Positions 1 to 10,100 of a stretch of DNA of 64,000 nt are shown here, piece after piece. Location of the stretch: positions 3,868-67,867 of the IMG/VR virus record IMGVR_UViG_3300045988_142996, one strand, 5' to 3'. Positions within the stretch are counted from its first letter, which is position 1, and every line of letters begins with the position of its first letter. The notes under the pieces were generated by a model, which did no database searches, had not been told where the DNA came from, and saw nothing but the letters and a program-made list of their open reading frames with translations. The translations under genes were made by a program, and so were the position numbers. Source of the DNA: a virus.

Positions 1-139
1 GCCTGCCGTTTCTCGTGGCCTCCCCAATCGGCAGCCATCCGGCAATGATACCAGCTCTCACCCATGCCGGATCACGTCCGTAGACCTTTGCTGCCACCCT
101 CACTGGAACAGCACCCAATTTTAACCTAGCTTTGTCCAT
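1..139 (-). CDS. Window-truncated second copy of the 5' part of the HTH/excisionase-like gene 62013..62261
   Basis: Identical to 62123..62261 (MDKARLKLGAVPVRVAAKVYG...). Divergent from the integrase. Confidence 0.5.
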   Translation of the reverse strand, partial: MDKARLKLGAVPVRVAAKVYGRDPAWVRAGIIAGWLPIGEATRNGR

Positions 140-258
140 ACTATCGTACTCCTTTTATGTTACTCTAAGCATATCCAGATACGTCTTAGGCATGAAAAGA
201 TAATAATGGTAAAACCGGTCGACTGCGTGCTGTATTTTATTTAGTTTGCGGCGCAGCA

Positions 259-287
259 TTGACAAGTCTGTGAGAATGGTTTAACCT
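259..287 (+). promoter_or_regulatory. Possible sigma-A-type promoter for the integrase
   Basis: TTGACA (259..264), 17-nt spacer, TAACCT (282..287), about 90 nt upstream of the int ATG. The -10 element is weak. Confidence 0.25.
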
Positions 288-375
288 AGAATAGCTTTTC
301 AAACAGAAAAAGCCCGGGTTGACCGAGCTTTTGAGTGAAAATGGCAAATTTATACAATGATTGAAGGAGGTTTAC

Positions 376-1605
376 ATGCTAAAACTCTGTCCAGAGTGTT
401 GTCTACAAGTGAGCGATAAGGCAGCAACTTGTCCTCATTGTGGTTACCCGCTCGACCAAACACCCGTTCCAGTCCTGCAGCGCCCCGTTCCACAAAAGCG
501 GCGAATGCATCTTCCGAACGGTTTCGGCAGCATCACTGAAGTCCGAACGAAAAATCTTCGTAACCCGTTTTATGTCACTGTTCCTGCCGGAAAAACTCCA
601 GAAGGCCGTCCCATTCGTAAGCCGCTCAAGCCCAAATCATCTTTTAAGACATATAACGAGGCTTATCAAGCACTGGTGGAATATCACCGAAATCCTTATG
701 ACCCAGAAACGATCATCAGCTTTCAGGAGCTATATGATCTCTGGTATCAAGAGCGGGAAAAAGCTAATCCCGATAAGACAACGCTTTGCCGCTATCGGAG
801 CCTTTGGCGGTATTCCGCGCCAATCAAAGATATTCCAGTACGCAATCTTCGTGTCCACCATTTAAAAGAATGCGTACTTCATGGAACCGCGGTGAATAAT
901 GGAGCAACCGTCGAAATTTCGCCAATCACTGGTTCAAAGCTAAAATTCATGTACAACCAGCTGTTTGATTATGCTGTTGAAAATGAATACGTAGATAAGA
1001 ACATCGCCCGCATGTTTAATGTCAACTGCGAATTTGAAACGCAGCATGAGCACTTCCCTTATACTGATGAAGAGATCAATATTCTCTGGAAAAATGTAGG
1101 AATCTGCGACGTTGCTGACCTGATCCTCATTCAGTGCTATTCTGGCTGGCGGCCGCAGGAGTTAGTCAAGTTAAAAATAGCAGACGTTCATCTTGACAAG
1201 CGTTGGATTCAGGGTGGTATGAAAACAAAAAATGGCAAAAATCGCCAGGTGCCTATTCATATGAAAATTATGCCGCTCATTCAGCATCGCTATAAGGAAG
1301 CGCAGAGTATCGGTAGCGAATATCTTTTTAATCATCATTACAAGCGCTGGCCCGACAGGTGGACTAAATACTCCTATGATTACCTTTCCGATTCGTTTAT
1401 CGAAACGCTCCCCTTGTTGGGCATCAGCCCAGAGCATCGTGGACATGATGGCCGCGTGCATTTTGTCACGTTGGCCAAGAAAGCGGAGATGGACGAATAT
1501 GCTCTCAAGCGAATCGTTGGTCATAAAATCGATGACCTTACCGAGCGTGTTTACACTAGGCGTACCGTTGAATGGCTCATCAGCGAGCTTGATAAGATTC
1601 CCTGA
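376..1605 (+). CDS. int: Tyrosine recombinase (phage integrase) with an N-terminal zinc ribbon and an arm-type DNA-binding domain
   Basis: CPECC...CPHCG zinc ribbon; GWRPQEL (box I Arg); HDGRVHF (HxxR); GHKIDDLTERVYT (His and Tyr nucleophile). GGAGG lies 5 nt before the ATG at 376; the ORF-track start at 361 is a TTG. Confidence 0.9.
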   Translation: MLKLCPECCLQVSDKAATCPHCGYPLDQTPVPVLQRPVPQKRRMHLPNGFGSITEVRTKNLRNPFYVTVPAGKTPEGRPIRKPLKPKSSFKTYNEAYQALVEYHRNPYDPETIISFQELYDLWYQEREKANPDKTTLCRYRSLWRYSAPIKDIPVRNLRVHHLKECVLHGTAVNNGATVEISPITGSKLKFMYNQLFDYAVENEYVDKNIARMFNVNCEFETQHEHFPYTDEEINILWKNVGICDVADLILIQCYSGWRPQELVKLKIADVHLDKRWIQGGMKTKNGKNRQVPIHMKIMPLIQHRYKEAQSIGSEYLFNHHYKRWPDRWTKYSYDYLSDSFIETLPLLGISPEHRGHDGRVHFVTLAKKAEMDEYALKRIVGHKIDDLTERVYTRRTVEWLISELDKIP

Positions 1606-1763
1606 TGTTCTAGCACCAATCCAGCACCGGGTCAAAATATTACAATTCGAGCTACGTTTTCTTCCATATATTTCCATTTATAGTTATGCACTTTTCATTC
1701 ACGATTTTTCTTTTTTAAAATGCAGAAAGTTCCAGTCGGTTCGTGCATTTTTGCGTCAAAACG

Positions 1764-1804
1764 TAAAAAAGAGCCGTCCTCCCGATTCCTCGAGAGAACA
1801 GCTC
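1764..1804 (-). terminator. Rho-independent terminator (minus strand)
   Basis: Minus strand reads GAGCTGTTCTCTCG-AGGAAT-CGGGAGGACGGCTC followed by TTTTTTAC. It lies in the noncoding gap between the lysis genes and int. Confidence 0.5.
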
Positions 1805-2265
1805 CATGGTATTGGCTTTATAAAAATCAGATAGAAATGGTGTTGCAGACGTCGATCAGGACGGGGTCGAGGGTCTTGGTCAAAAATCGCCTGTCGTAAA
1901 ATATCGCAGCAGTTCGTCATATTTTGCACATCTATCTATCACCACTCCATTTCCGTTCTATATTTTTATACGTCGATACGCGTTTGCCTGCTTTTCTGCA
2001 AAAAAGTTTCTTTTTAATCACCAATGGAGAAATGCTGCGGCTCAAAAAATAAAAGTCCCTGCAACTTTCGCTCACAGCTCCCACTCAGAGCCATAAACGA
2101 TCGCTGCAGGGGCTTTCTTCATATTACCGGTCACTCCATTTTGAATTATATAGACAGTTCCTGCCTTCGGTGAGTGCCAGATGAAACTTTTTCAGGCGGC
2201 TTTGGAGAAACATTCAGGTTGGATTCGTATACGCATCCATTCTCCTTTCCCGCCCGGAATCTCAA

Positions 2266-2517
2266 TCAGTTCTTCTCCAGGGCCTTCAGGCGATCGTATT
2301 CCTTGTCCGCAGCGATGGCCGCCTTGCTGAAGGAGTTGTTCTTCCACCAGGCGATCAGCGCCGCAACAACGGTGATGCCGCTGGTCACGAGCTGATTGAC
2401 CGTCTCGCTCTCGATGGGCAGCGGACTCTTGCCAAGGGCGCACAGCACCTGATTCAGCAGAGCCAGCAGCAGACAGAGGGTGCGGGCAATGGTTCCTGCA
2501 GAGATGTTAAAATTCAT
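2266..2517 (-). CDS. Holin (phage_holin_1 / LL-H, phi LC3-like)
   Basis: 83 aa with two hydrophobic segments and ...AALIAWWKNNSFSKAA..., typical of this holin family. It lies in the lysis cassette 239 nt downstream of the endolysin, with one small membrane-protein gene between them. Confidence 0.8.
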   Translation of the reverse strand: MNFNISAGTIARTLCLLLALLNQVLCALGKSPLPIESETVNQLVTSGITVVAALIAWWKNNSFSKAAIAADKEYDRLKALEKN

Positions 2518-2521
2518 AGTA

Positions 2522-2749
2522 TTAGCTCCTTTCGTGTTCGTATGTTTCGATATCTGACACCCGATGGTTCAGCACCTGAATGTCTCTCTGGATCACAGGG
2601 ATTTTTTCGGCAAAGCCGTTGTGCTTGCGTACTTCGCGTGTCAGTTCTTCGATTTTGTATTCCATGACCGCATTCGATCTCGAATTTGCGATCAGGACGC
2701 CGATTAGGGTCACTACGCCGCTCAGGACTGCGGCGATAATCGTTTCCAT
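2522..2749 (-). CDS. Small membrane protein of the lysis cassette (N-terminal TM plus coiled coil)
   Basis: 75 aa; METIIAAVLSGVVTLIGVLIA is a TM segment followed by a charged helix. It sits between the endolysin and the holin. Confidence 0.65.
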   Translation of the reverse strand: METIIAAVLSGVVTLIGVLIANSRSNAVMEYKIEELTREVRKHNGFAEKIPVIQRDIQVLNHRVSDIETYEHERS

Positions 2750-2755
2750 CGGCGC

Positions 2756-3184
2756 TCACCCCTTCCAACGGCTCTTGTCTTTGCGCACATCCACGTGCAC
2801 CCAGCCGTTCGCACGGCCAAGACCAGCCGGATAGAGCCCGATGCCGCCACGGTTCACCAGCAGCGTCTCCGCATAGGCCGCCACGTTTTCCGGGCTGATG
2901 CCGGTCACGCGGATGTCCGCCGCTTTGCCGTAACAGTGCTGGCTGTAGGTCGCACCGCCAACGGCCTTGTTGTGGTTTGCCGTACGGAAGCCGCTCGTAA
3001 TGGTCAGCGGCTTGTCAAAATGGACCCGGATCTGCTCCAGAATATCCACCAGTTCCGTGTCGATGAACATAGGGTCGCTTCCATCCTGACACCGGAATTC
3101 CCGCACCTTAAAGTGTTCCGAGAGCTTCCGGTTTCCGTTCTTCAAAACGGAAAATGCTTCAATGCTCATTTTGATTCCTTTCAT
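2756..3184 (-). CDS. Endolysin, peptidase M15 family (zinc D-Ala-D-Ala carboxypeptidase-like)
   Basis: FKVREFRC, SGFRTANHNKAVGGATYSQHCYGKAADI and WVHVD match the M15 zinc-peptidase pattern. ATGA overlap with the upstream gene. Confidence 0.85.
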   Translation of the reverse strand: MKGIKMSIEAFSVLKNGNRKLSEHFKVREFRCQDGSDPMFIDTELVDILEQIRVHFDKPLTITSGFRTANHNKAVGGATYSQHCYGKAADIRVTGISPENVAAYAETLLVNRGGIGLYPAGLGRANGWVHVDVRKDKSRWKG

Positions 3185-5064
3185 ACGCCGAAACAGACTG
3201 CAAAGGCGAGGGTGTTCCGTCCGTTATAGTTTCCGCGTCCCGTATCTTCGTTGGTACGGCAGAAATATCCATCGTTGCTCGACGCTTTCGAGCGCATCCA
3301 CTGCGTACAATTGTTGTCGGGGCTATTGGGGTTAGCGCAATACTTCGAGCCGCCGTTTGCAAAGTATGCGTACTGTCTCTGGTAGCTTGCCTCGTCCGAG
3401 TACGAATATCTGGTCGAGCCGTGCATCTCGTACTCGCTCAACAGCCACAGATAGTCCGTCGTCTTGTCGATGCCGAAGGTGTTGCGGGTGTACTTCACAC
3501 AGGGCTTCATCACAGCACGCAGGTCGGCCGGCAGCGTACCAAGCTGGCTTCTTGCCAGAGGCTCCAGTGGAGTTCCATTGTTGCCGAGGATGGTGCCGCG
3601 CATATAGCTCATGTCCCATCCGCCGTCCGTCGCGTTGTTCATCGGGCCGCCGCTCAGGGTCGCCAGCTTGCCGTTCGGACACTTCAGGATGAAGTGGATG
3701 CCTGCCCCGCTCTCGTACCTTGTGTTGTGCTCAATGCCGAGGATCGTAGCATTCAGGTCCGTTGAATAATGCGCATCGTCGTAGCAATTCCCCTCCACAT
3801 GGATCGTCTTGGAATCTCCTGCCTTGAACATCGACGCCGCCAGCTTGTTCGAGCTGATGAAGTCAATGGCTTTCCAGCTGAAGTCATTCAGAGTTGGATC
3901 GACTTTGGCATCCATTTTGATGGAAATCGTCCCCTTCACGGTCACTTCTACCTTCACTTCCGAAAGGCTCGTGTATGACGTTCCGGCAGCCGAAACATCC
4001 TCCGTCCGGTTCGTTACGACCGCATTGTAGATGCTCATGCCACTCGTTGCCGTGCCGGTTATCGTCAGAATATCATTTGCCCTTGCACGCTTTGGTGCGC
4101 TGTCCAGTGTCACATTGCTAAGCGAATAGATCACATCGTACCATTTGCCCTGCACTGCAGATGCCGTTATTTTGATTTTTCCGGTCACAGTCTCCACATG
4201 GATGGAAGCCGACAGCTTATCGTCTGCGATGGCCACGGCGCTTTTCGTAATGTCCACGCCGCCCATCATCACCGTCACGGTCGAAATATCATACTCGTTG
4301 TCGGGTATGATTTTCGCCGTATACGAGGACTCCTCCAGAACCGCTTCATCCAGATTCTCGTTCCGGCAGTTCGCCAGCTCATTCTCCACCTTGCACAAGC
4401 CATAATTCTGCACTCGCACAGCGCATTCTGCAACCGTGCCGCCGAGTTCTGCCCGTATCGTACAGGCTCCATTTTTCAGCGCCGTGATCCGTCCGTCGTC
4501 GCCGATGCTCACAATGCCTCGCTGGGAAGTCGTCACCTGAAGCTTGCGGTAGAACGTATCGGCCGGCACAATGCCAACCAGCAGCGAGAAGCTCATGCCC
4601 TTCTCCAGTGTTACACTCGTCCGGTTCAGAACCAGCTGCTTCACGGGGCGGTCGATGCGATCCGGCTGCAGGTTGTACTCCAGCGTGATGGTGGAGTTGC
4701 CTTTCTGGCTCTTCCAGGTGTTCACCCAGAGCAGACCCTTGTAGCAGTGCGCAGGGTTGTCCTCCAGCGCCAGCTCTACACGTTTGCCCTGCAGAGCATC
4801 CAGAATCGTCGTATAGGCCGTTTCCCAGTTGTCCCACCAGTCGTTTTCAACGTAGAACTCAATCTTGCCGGTCCGGTTGTCAAAGATGGGCTTGTGGGTC
4901 AGGCTCTGGCTGTAGTCCAGACTGCCGCTCCGGCCGCCCACGGTCACGAACTTTGTGCGCTCGATCGGCGGCGCGATCACCGGACGGCTGGACGGGATCA
5001 GGTGCCAGTCGTCGTAGGTGTTGATAAACCGATCATCCACGCGGATGACCACACTGTGATACAT
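3181..5064 (-). CDS. Tail/receptor-binding protein with a Dit-like N-terminus, a Big_2-like Ig domain and a C-terminal DUF6273-like module
   Basis: MYHSVVIRVDDRFINTYDDWHLIPSSRPVIAPP...GGRSGSLDYS resembles the siphovirus distal-tail domain. LVLNRTSVTLEKG...ACTIRAEL is Ig-like. The C-terminus carries YLWLLSEYE...TQWMRS. Confidence 0.7.
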   Translation of the reverse strand: MYHSVVIRVDDRFINTYDDWHLIPSSRPVIAPPIERTKFVTVGGRSGSLDYSQSLTHKPIFDNRTGKIEFYVENDWWDNWETAYTTILDALQGKRVELALEDNPAHCYKGLLWVNTWKSQKGNSTITLEYNLQPDRIDRPVKQLVLNRTSVTLEKGMSFSLLVGIVPADTFYRKLQVTTSQRGIVSIGDDGRITALKNGACTIRAELGGTVAECAVRVQNYGLCKVENELANCRNENLDEAVLEESSYTAKIIPDNEYDISTVTVMMGGVDITKSAVAIADDKLSASIHVETVTGKIKITASAVQGKWYDVIYSLSNVTLDSAPKRARANDILTITGTATSGMSIYNAVVTNRTEDVSAAGTSYTSLSEVKVEVTVKGTISIKMDAKVDPTLNDFSWKAIDFISSNKLAASMFKAGDSKTIHVEGNCYDDAHYSTDLNATILGIEHNTRYESGAGIHFILKCPNGKLATLSGGPMNNATDGGWDMSYMRGTILGNNGTPLEPLARSQLGTLPADLRAVMKPCVKYTRNTFGIDKTTDYLWLLSEYEMHGSTRYSYSDEASYQRQYAYFANGGSKYCANPNSPDNNCTQWMRSKASSNDGYFCRTNEDTGRGNYNGRNTLAFAVCFGV

Positions 5065-5067
5065 GTC

Positions 5068-7191
5068 TCATCCTCCGTTCTTGATGTAACCGATGGCCGA
5101 TTGGACCGCATTCCAGGCTTTTCCAGCCGTGGTAGCACCCGCAGCCAGACTGGCCGTGATGTTCTCTGCCGTGTCGCCGAAGGTGAACTTCTTCTGGTCC
5201 AGCGCATCCAGCGGGATCTCTTCCTTTGTGCACAGCACCCAGTCGTCGATGCCGTGCGGCACACTCCGGATGCGGGTCTTGCGAAGGAATCCCAGCCGGT
5301 CCACGTCCACACCGGCGTCCACAAGGTCACCTGCGTTGATCTTGATGCCACCGGAAAGGCCGCTGTCCTGCTTGTTCAGCTCGGTCTGTGCCGCCTTTTT
5401 CAGTGAGTTCGTGTCCGACTTCTTGCCATCTACAATGATGCAGCGCTGGCTCAGGCCATACAGCTCAATGGACTTTTCGTTGTTCACGGTCACTTCGATG
5501 GGCTTCGTTTTCTCAAATATCCACCAGCCGGTGGTCGTGTAGCCGTATGCCTTCACCGAATTCACGATGGAATACGCCTTCATGTAGTACGAAAGGTCCA
5601 GCAGGTTCGAGCCGAACTCGATGGTCTGCTCCGTAATATCCGGCACATCGCTCAGATAGTCCAGATAGCGGTAATATACCTTCAGGCCGTTTTCCATTTT
5701 GAAAATCTTGCGCAGACGTAAGATCCCGTTGAACTTCTCGACCAGACAGGTATTCAGAGCATCCCAGCAGGTGGTATAGCTCGTCTCATCCTTGTCGTCC
5801 TTCTTGTCGTCCGGCTTCGTCACGGTCACATTTCCCTTCAGGAAAACACGTCCTTCCGTGCGGAAACGGCTGTCCGGACAGGTCGTGGCCAGCGTTACCA
5901 GCTCATCCACCGTGTACACCTTGTTTTCCACCTTGCACGGCATGTCTCCCAGGTACGAGAGTTCTCCGTCGCAGTAGATTTCAAGGTTCAGGTCGTAGTC
6001 CGGCGTCATCTCGGTCACATACCCGCACCAGATCTCCTGTCCGTCCTCTTCCACAGACACGATCGCTTTCTTCAGCTGAAACAGCTTCCGTGCAGGGTTT
6101 GTGACGGGCACTTTGAATGAGAAGCTCCCAGGATCGTTCTTTTCCAGAATCAGGTCGGGTTCCAGTACGAACCGGTCTTCCGTGTCGGCGGCATCGTGCA
6201 GCAGCTCACGCTTGCTCCAGTAATATCCGTTCCCTTTTCCGGTAATGGTACCAACGAATACACGGTAGCCGGAACTTACACTCTTATAAAAGGTATAAGT
6301 CCCAGTCACTTCCGAGCATCCGTCGGTCACTGTAACGGTCACGGTATGGTTTGCTTCGCCTTCCAGCTGGTCAAAGGCTTCCTTTGTCAGTTCAAAGGTG
6401 TACTTCTCGCCGGAATATCCTTCAAAGGTCCGCCATACGTTCCCATCCACACTCTCGGTCACGGTCATCACATCGCCGTACTTGTCTCGGATGCTGTATG
6501 GCAGCTTGAACGGACTCCGCTTTGCGATCACGCTCTTCATCTCGAAGTAGCTGCTGGTCAACTCAGGCACGCACTTGTCCCGCAGAATACCTTCCACGTC
6601 CAGTGTGCAGTCAGCTGAAATGCACAAACATGCCATGACGCCGCAGCTGTCGCGCATCGAACGGTTATCCAGACTGACATTTCCCTTGGTGTCGAGCGAA
6701 AAGTAATAGGCATAGCACTGGTGCGATTCACCATCGCTGTCCTCGTACATTGCTTCGACACGTGTCCAGTAAGTGCTTCCCATCCAGTTTTTCCAGATGG
6801 CGTAGCGTACCGTCGGTTCAAGGAGCGGCCCGGAATAACTGCTGCTGTCAGTATTTAGTTTGAAACCAAATTCCCGATAATGCAGCGCAAACACTTTGTG
6901 TGCTCCTGCATCTCCGAGATCCGTCGATTCCACAAGGTCACGCTGTTCAAGGCTTTGGAGATAGGTACCTTCCAGATAATCCGACAGAGCGCTGCCTGTG
7001 TATGTGTAGTCGCCATAGTAACCGGAATCATTTATGAACTGTCTTGCAGGAAGTCCACTTTGACGGACCAGCAAGGTTTTTCCGGCACTGCGATAGTTGT
7101 GCATCGCCACGATGAAGTTCACTGCCACGCCGCTTTCCCGCAGCTGGATGATGCTCCCGGGCTCCATATCGCCCACACGTCTCAATGTCAT
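5068..7191 (-). CDS. Tail-associated (Tal-like, prophage-tail N-terminal region) protein with an extra N-terminal DUF6273-like module
   Basis: Residues from about 330 onward (LEPDLILEKNDPGSFSFKVPV...IVSVEEDGQEIWCGYVTEM...LEIYCDGELSYLGD) look like a phage minor structural / Tal N-terminal domain. ATG at 7191 lies 4 nt after the TMP stop. Confidence 0.65.
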   Translation of the reverse strand: MTLRRVGDMEPGSIIQLRESGVAVNFIVAMHNYRSAGKTLLVRQSGLPARQFINDSGYYGDYTYTGSALSDYLEGTYLQSLEQRDLVESTDLGDAGAHKVFALHYREFGFKLNTDSSSYSGPLLEPTVRYAIWKNWMGSTYWTRVEAMYEDSDGESHQCYAYYFSLDTKGNVSLDNRSMRDSCGVMACLCISADCTLDVEGILRDKCVPELTSSYFEMKSVIAKRSPFKLPYSIRDKYGDVMTVTESVDGNVWRTFEGYSGEKYTFELTKEAFDQLEGEANHTVTVTVTDGCSEVTGTYTFYKSVSSGYRVFVGTITGKGNGYYWSKRELLHDAADTEDRFVLEPDLILEKNDPGSFSFKVPVTNPARKLFQLKKAIVSVEEDGQEIWCGYVTEMTPDYDLNLEIYCDGELSYLGDMPCKVENKVYTVDELVTLATTCPDSRFRTEGRVFLKGNVTVTKPDDKKDDKDETSYTTCWDALNTCLVEKFNGILRLRKIFKMENGLKVYYRYLDYLSDVPDITEQTIEFGSNLLDLSYYMKAYSIVNSVKAYGYTTTGWWIFEKTKPIEVTVNNEKSIELYGLSQRCIIVDGKKSDTNSLKKAAQTELNKQDSGLSGGIKINAGDLVDAGVDVDRLGFLRKTRIRSVPHGIDDWVLCTKEEIPLDALDQKKFTFGDTAENITASLAAGATTAGKAWNAVQSAIGYIKNGG

Positions 7192-7195
7192 GGTA

Positions 7196-10100
7196 TCACC
7201 TTGCCCTTCTTGCGGCTCTTGCGCCGAGCCCTGCATCAATCCACCCGATGGTGGTTTTGCCGTCCACTACCACGCTCATGCCGTGGATACTGTCCGCCAC
7301 GCCGTCCATCCGTCCGCCCAGTGCGTTCACCGCGTTCAACAGGTCGGCATTGGACTGGGCTTTCACTCCATTTTGAAGTTCTGCCGCAGCATCCACCTGA
7401 GCCGCCAGACGTTTCGTTGTGCCGCCGTCCAGACTGACATTGTCAAAGGCCCGGTTGATGATATCGGTGCTCTCGTCCACGTCGGTCAGGTCCACTACCG
7501 GGCTGATGGTGGGCGTGTACTCGTATTCATCATCTGTCACCCGCTTGATGGCACCAACCGCAGCGATCGCAATATTCGTAGCATCGTCGGTCATGTCCTT
7601 GATGGCGTCGTCCACGGTGTCCTTGCCGTCGGTAATGCCGTCCGCAAAGTCCTTGTCAAGGTCAGAACCGGCGTCCTTTGCCGCGTCGGACTGCTTTTTA
7701 TCCTTTGCATGCTTGATGGCAATGGCCGCAATGCCGCCCAGCAGCGCCAAAATGATGCCTCCCGCCAGAATAAAGGGCCAGATTTCCGGCAGCAGCCCGA
7801 TCAGACTGCTGAATGCCCCGCCAATGGTTCCAACCACGCCGGTTGCCACTTCAGAGATTCCGCCTGCTCCAGCCAGTAATCCGGTGATCTCGCCGCCTGC
7901 GTTCTGCACGATGCCTACGATCTGCCCAAAGCCCTGTTCCAATGCAGGCAGTGCTTTGTCAAAGAGCTGCCCGACGCCTTCCAGCATCTTCTTGCCCTCG
8001 TTGGTGCCCATAAAGTCCAGCGCCGCCGTCACAGCGGACACTGCCGCACCGGCCCAGTCTCCCTGCAGGGCCGAGACGATAGCTGAGGTGAACTCAGTTC
8101 CGATCTCAATGCCCTCGTCGCTGAAGGCCGCGCCAAATGCATTGGACAGGCCGGTCTTCACGTTTTCCGGCAGGTTCTGCGATGCCTTGTTCCATGCCTT
8201 GGTCAGACCCTCGCTCAGGGGTTTCCAGTTCTTCTGCACGGCATAGGCAAGTTTCACCACCATGGATTTGCCTTCATCTTCCAGATTAAAGGCCTCGGCC
8301 AGGTTGGATGCAAAGCCCAGGAAGGCGCTCTGGGAGGAGAGCAGGTTGTCCTGTGCGGCTTCTTTCTCCTCCCGGGTTGCATTCTCTGAGTTGAGGATCT
8401 CCTGATACTTCGCCGTCTCCTTGAGCTGGAAGTTCATGTTCTTCAGGGCCGTCACCACGCCCAGAATGGACGTCGTCGTGCCCTGGAACTGCGCCTTCTT
8501 TGCCTGCTCGCTGTCTTTGCCGTATTCCTCCACGGCAGACTTGTAGGCATCCTCCCGCTGAGAGAGGTCGCCGTCGCTGTACACCGTGTTCAGGATGTCC
8601 ATGCGGCTCTGCATCCGGCTCTGGGCAGTCGAAATGGCATCGATCTGTGCGTCGATCAGGTTCAGTTCCTGCTGTGCCAGATCATTTTGAAGTTCCTGTG
8701 CCTCGGTGCGGGCGTCCAGCAGATCGTTCCAGGCTTCCATGGTGCGCATGTCTTCTTCGCCATACTGAGCCTTCAGGGCGTCATACTGCTCCTGCGCTTT
8801 GGCCAGCTTTTTCTCCTTGATGGCCAGTTCCGCCGTCATGTACTCGGTTTCCCGGTTGATCTTGTCGGTTTGGGTGGCTGTTTTGTCGTTCTGTGCCGTC
8901 CACAGGCCATATTCCTTTTCCAGCGTGTCGAGGTCGGTGTCGTAGCGCTTCGTCACGTCGTCAAAGAGGCCCACATACTGCTCTGCCTTCAGGTCGGCCA
9001 GACTGGTCTTTTCCTCCAGCAGGTCGAGGTAGGCCTCTTTGGTCTCGGTCTTATCCTTGCCCCAGCGCTTGGCCAGCTCGTCGTACTTCGCCTGTGCAAT
9101 GGCCACCCGGTCGGTCTGGTGCTGGATGTCCGCTGCGGCATTCTCGGTCTTCTTGGCCAGCAGCTCGTCCACCGAGGCACTGTACTGGTTTTCCTTCAGC
9201 CACAGGTCGTACTCTTCGTCTACCGTGTCCTTCAGGGTCTTGTTGGCCGCCAGCTGGGTCTTGTACTTTTCCGTGATCTGTTCGGCTACGGTCTTCTGCT
9301 TGGTGGAAGATTTGGTTTTCTTCTTGCCCGTACCGGTTCCGCCGGAGCCATCAGTGTTTCCAGAATCCGCATCAGGATTTTCCCGGTTTCCGTACAGCGA
9401 CGTCCAGTCGAAGCCATCTGCTTTCTTTTTTGCAGGAATTGCGTTCAAACCGGAATCGCGAAGGTCCATCTGTAACTGGCGTCGTTCCTGCGGAGTCAGA
9501 GACGGATCATTTAGTGCATTGCTTAGCTCCTCCTGGAGACCTTCTTTATAGGCAGCACCAGTTCTCCTGCCAACATCTCTTGCTTCATCCTCAACATCTG
9601 ATGCCTTATTTTCAAGTCCTTCGATTACGCCACCATCGTAATACTCACCATTTTCGATTCCGTCATCTGCATTAGAATGGATACCAACTTCATCTCGGAA
9701 AGCATTGTCCATACTCCGAGCGAGAATGGACATCGCCGTTTCTGCGGCAGGGGTTCCATTTTGAATTCCCTCAACAAGACCGCTGACAATGTAACCTGCA
9801 TTTTCGATGGCAAGTCTAGCGGGAGAAGCAATCCCCCAATAGTCATTGAATGCATCATTTTGGGAATCAGCCAGCTCCTCAACAGCATCGACTGCTTTAT
9901 CTCCTTCTTTTTCGATGCCTTTGGCGTAGCCTTCAGCGACATACTCGCCACTGCTTTGAGGATCAACACCATGTTCACTCTTGAATGCACTCTGAATCTT
10001 TTCGCCAATCCACTTGCCAAGCGCTCCGAATTTCGACCCGATATAATTGAATATTGAGCCAATAACAGAATCAATTGTTTCCAAAATCTTAGGAGTACAA

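Larger units (their letters stand above)
1..1878. repeat. Left copy of a 1,878-bp terminal direct repeat (window wraps a 62,122-bp circular or terminally redundant genome)
   Basis: Bases 1..1878 equal 62123..64000 (offset 62122). Every ORF in 361..1834 recurs at +62122. Confidence 0.97.

Noticed and set aside
2046-2113. Terminator for the lysis operon formed by TCCCTGCA / TGCAGGGG.
   Set aside because: The stem is only 7-8 bp with a 41-nt loop. That is too weak to call. The hairpin at 1764..1804 is a better candidate.
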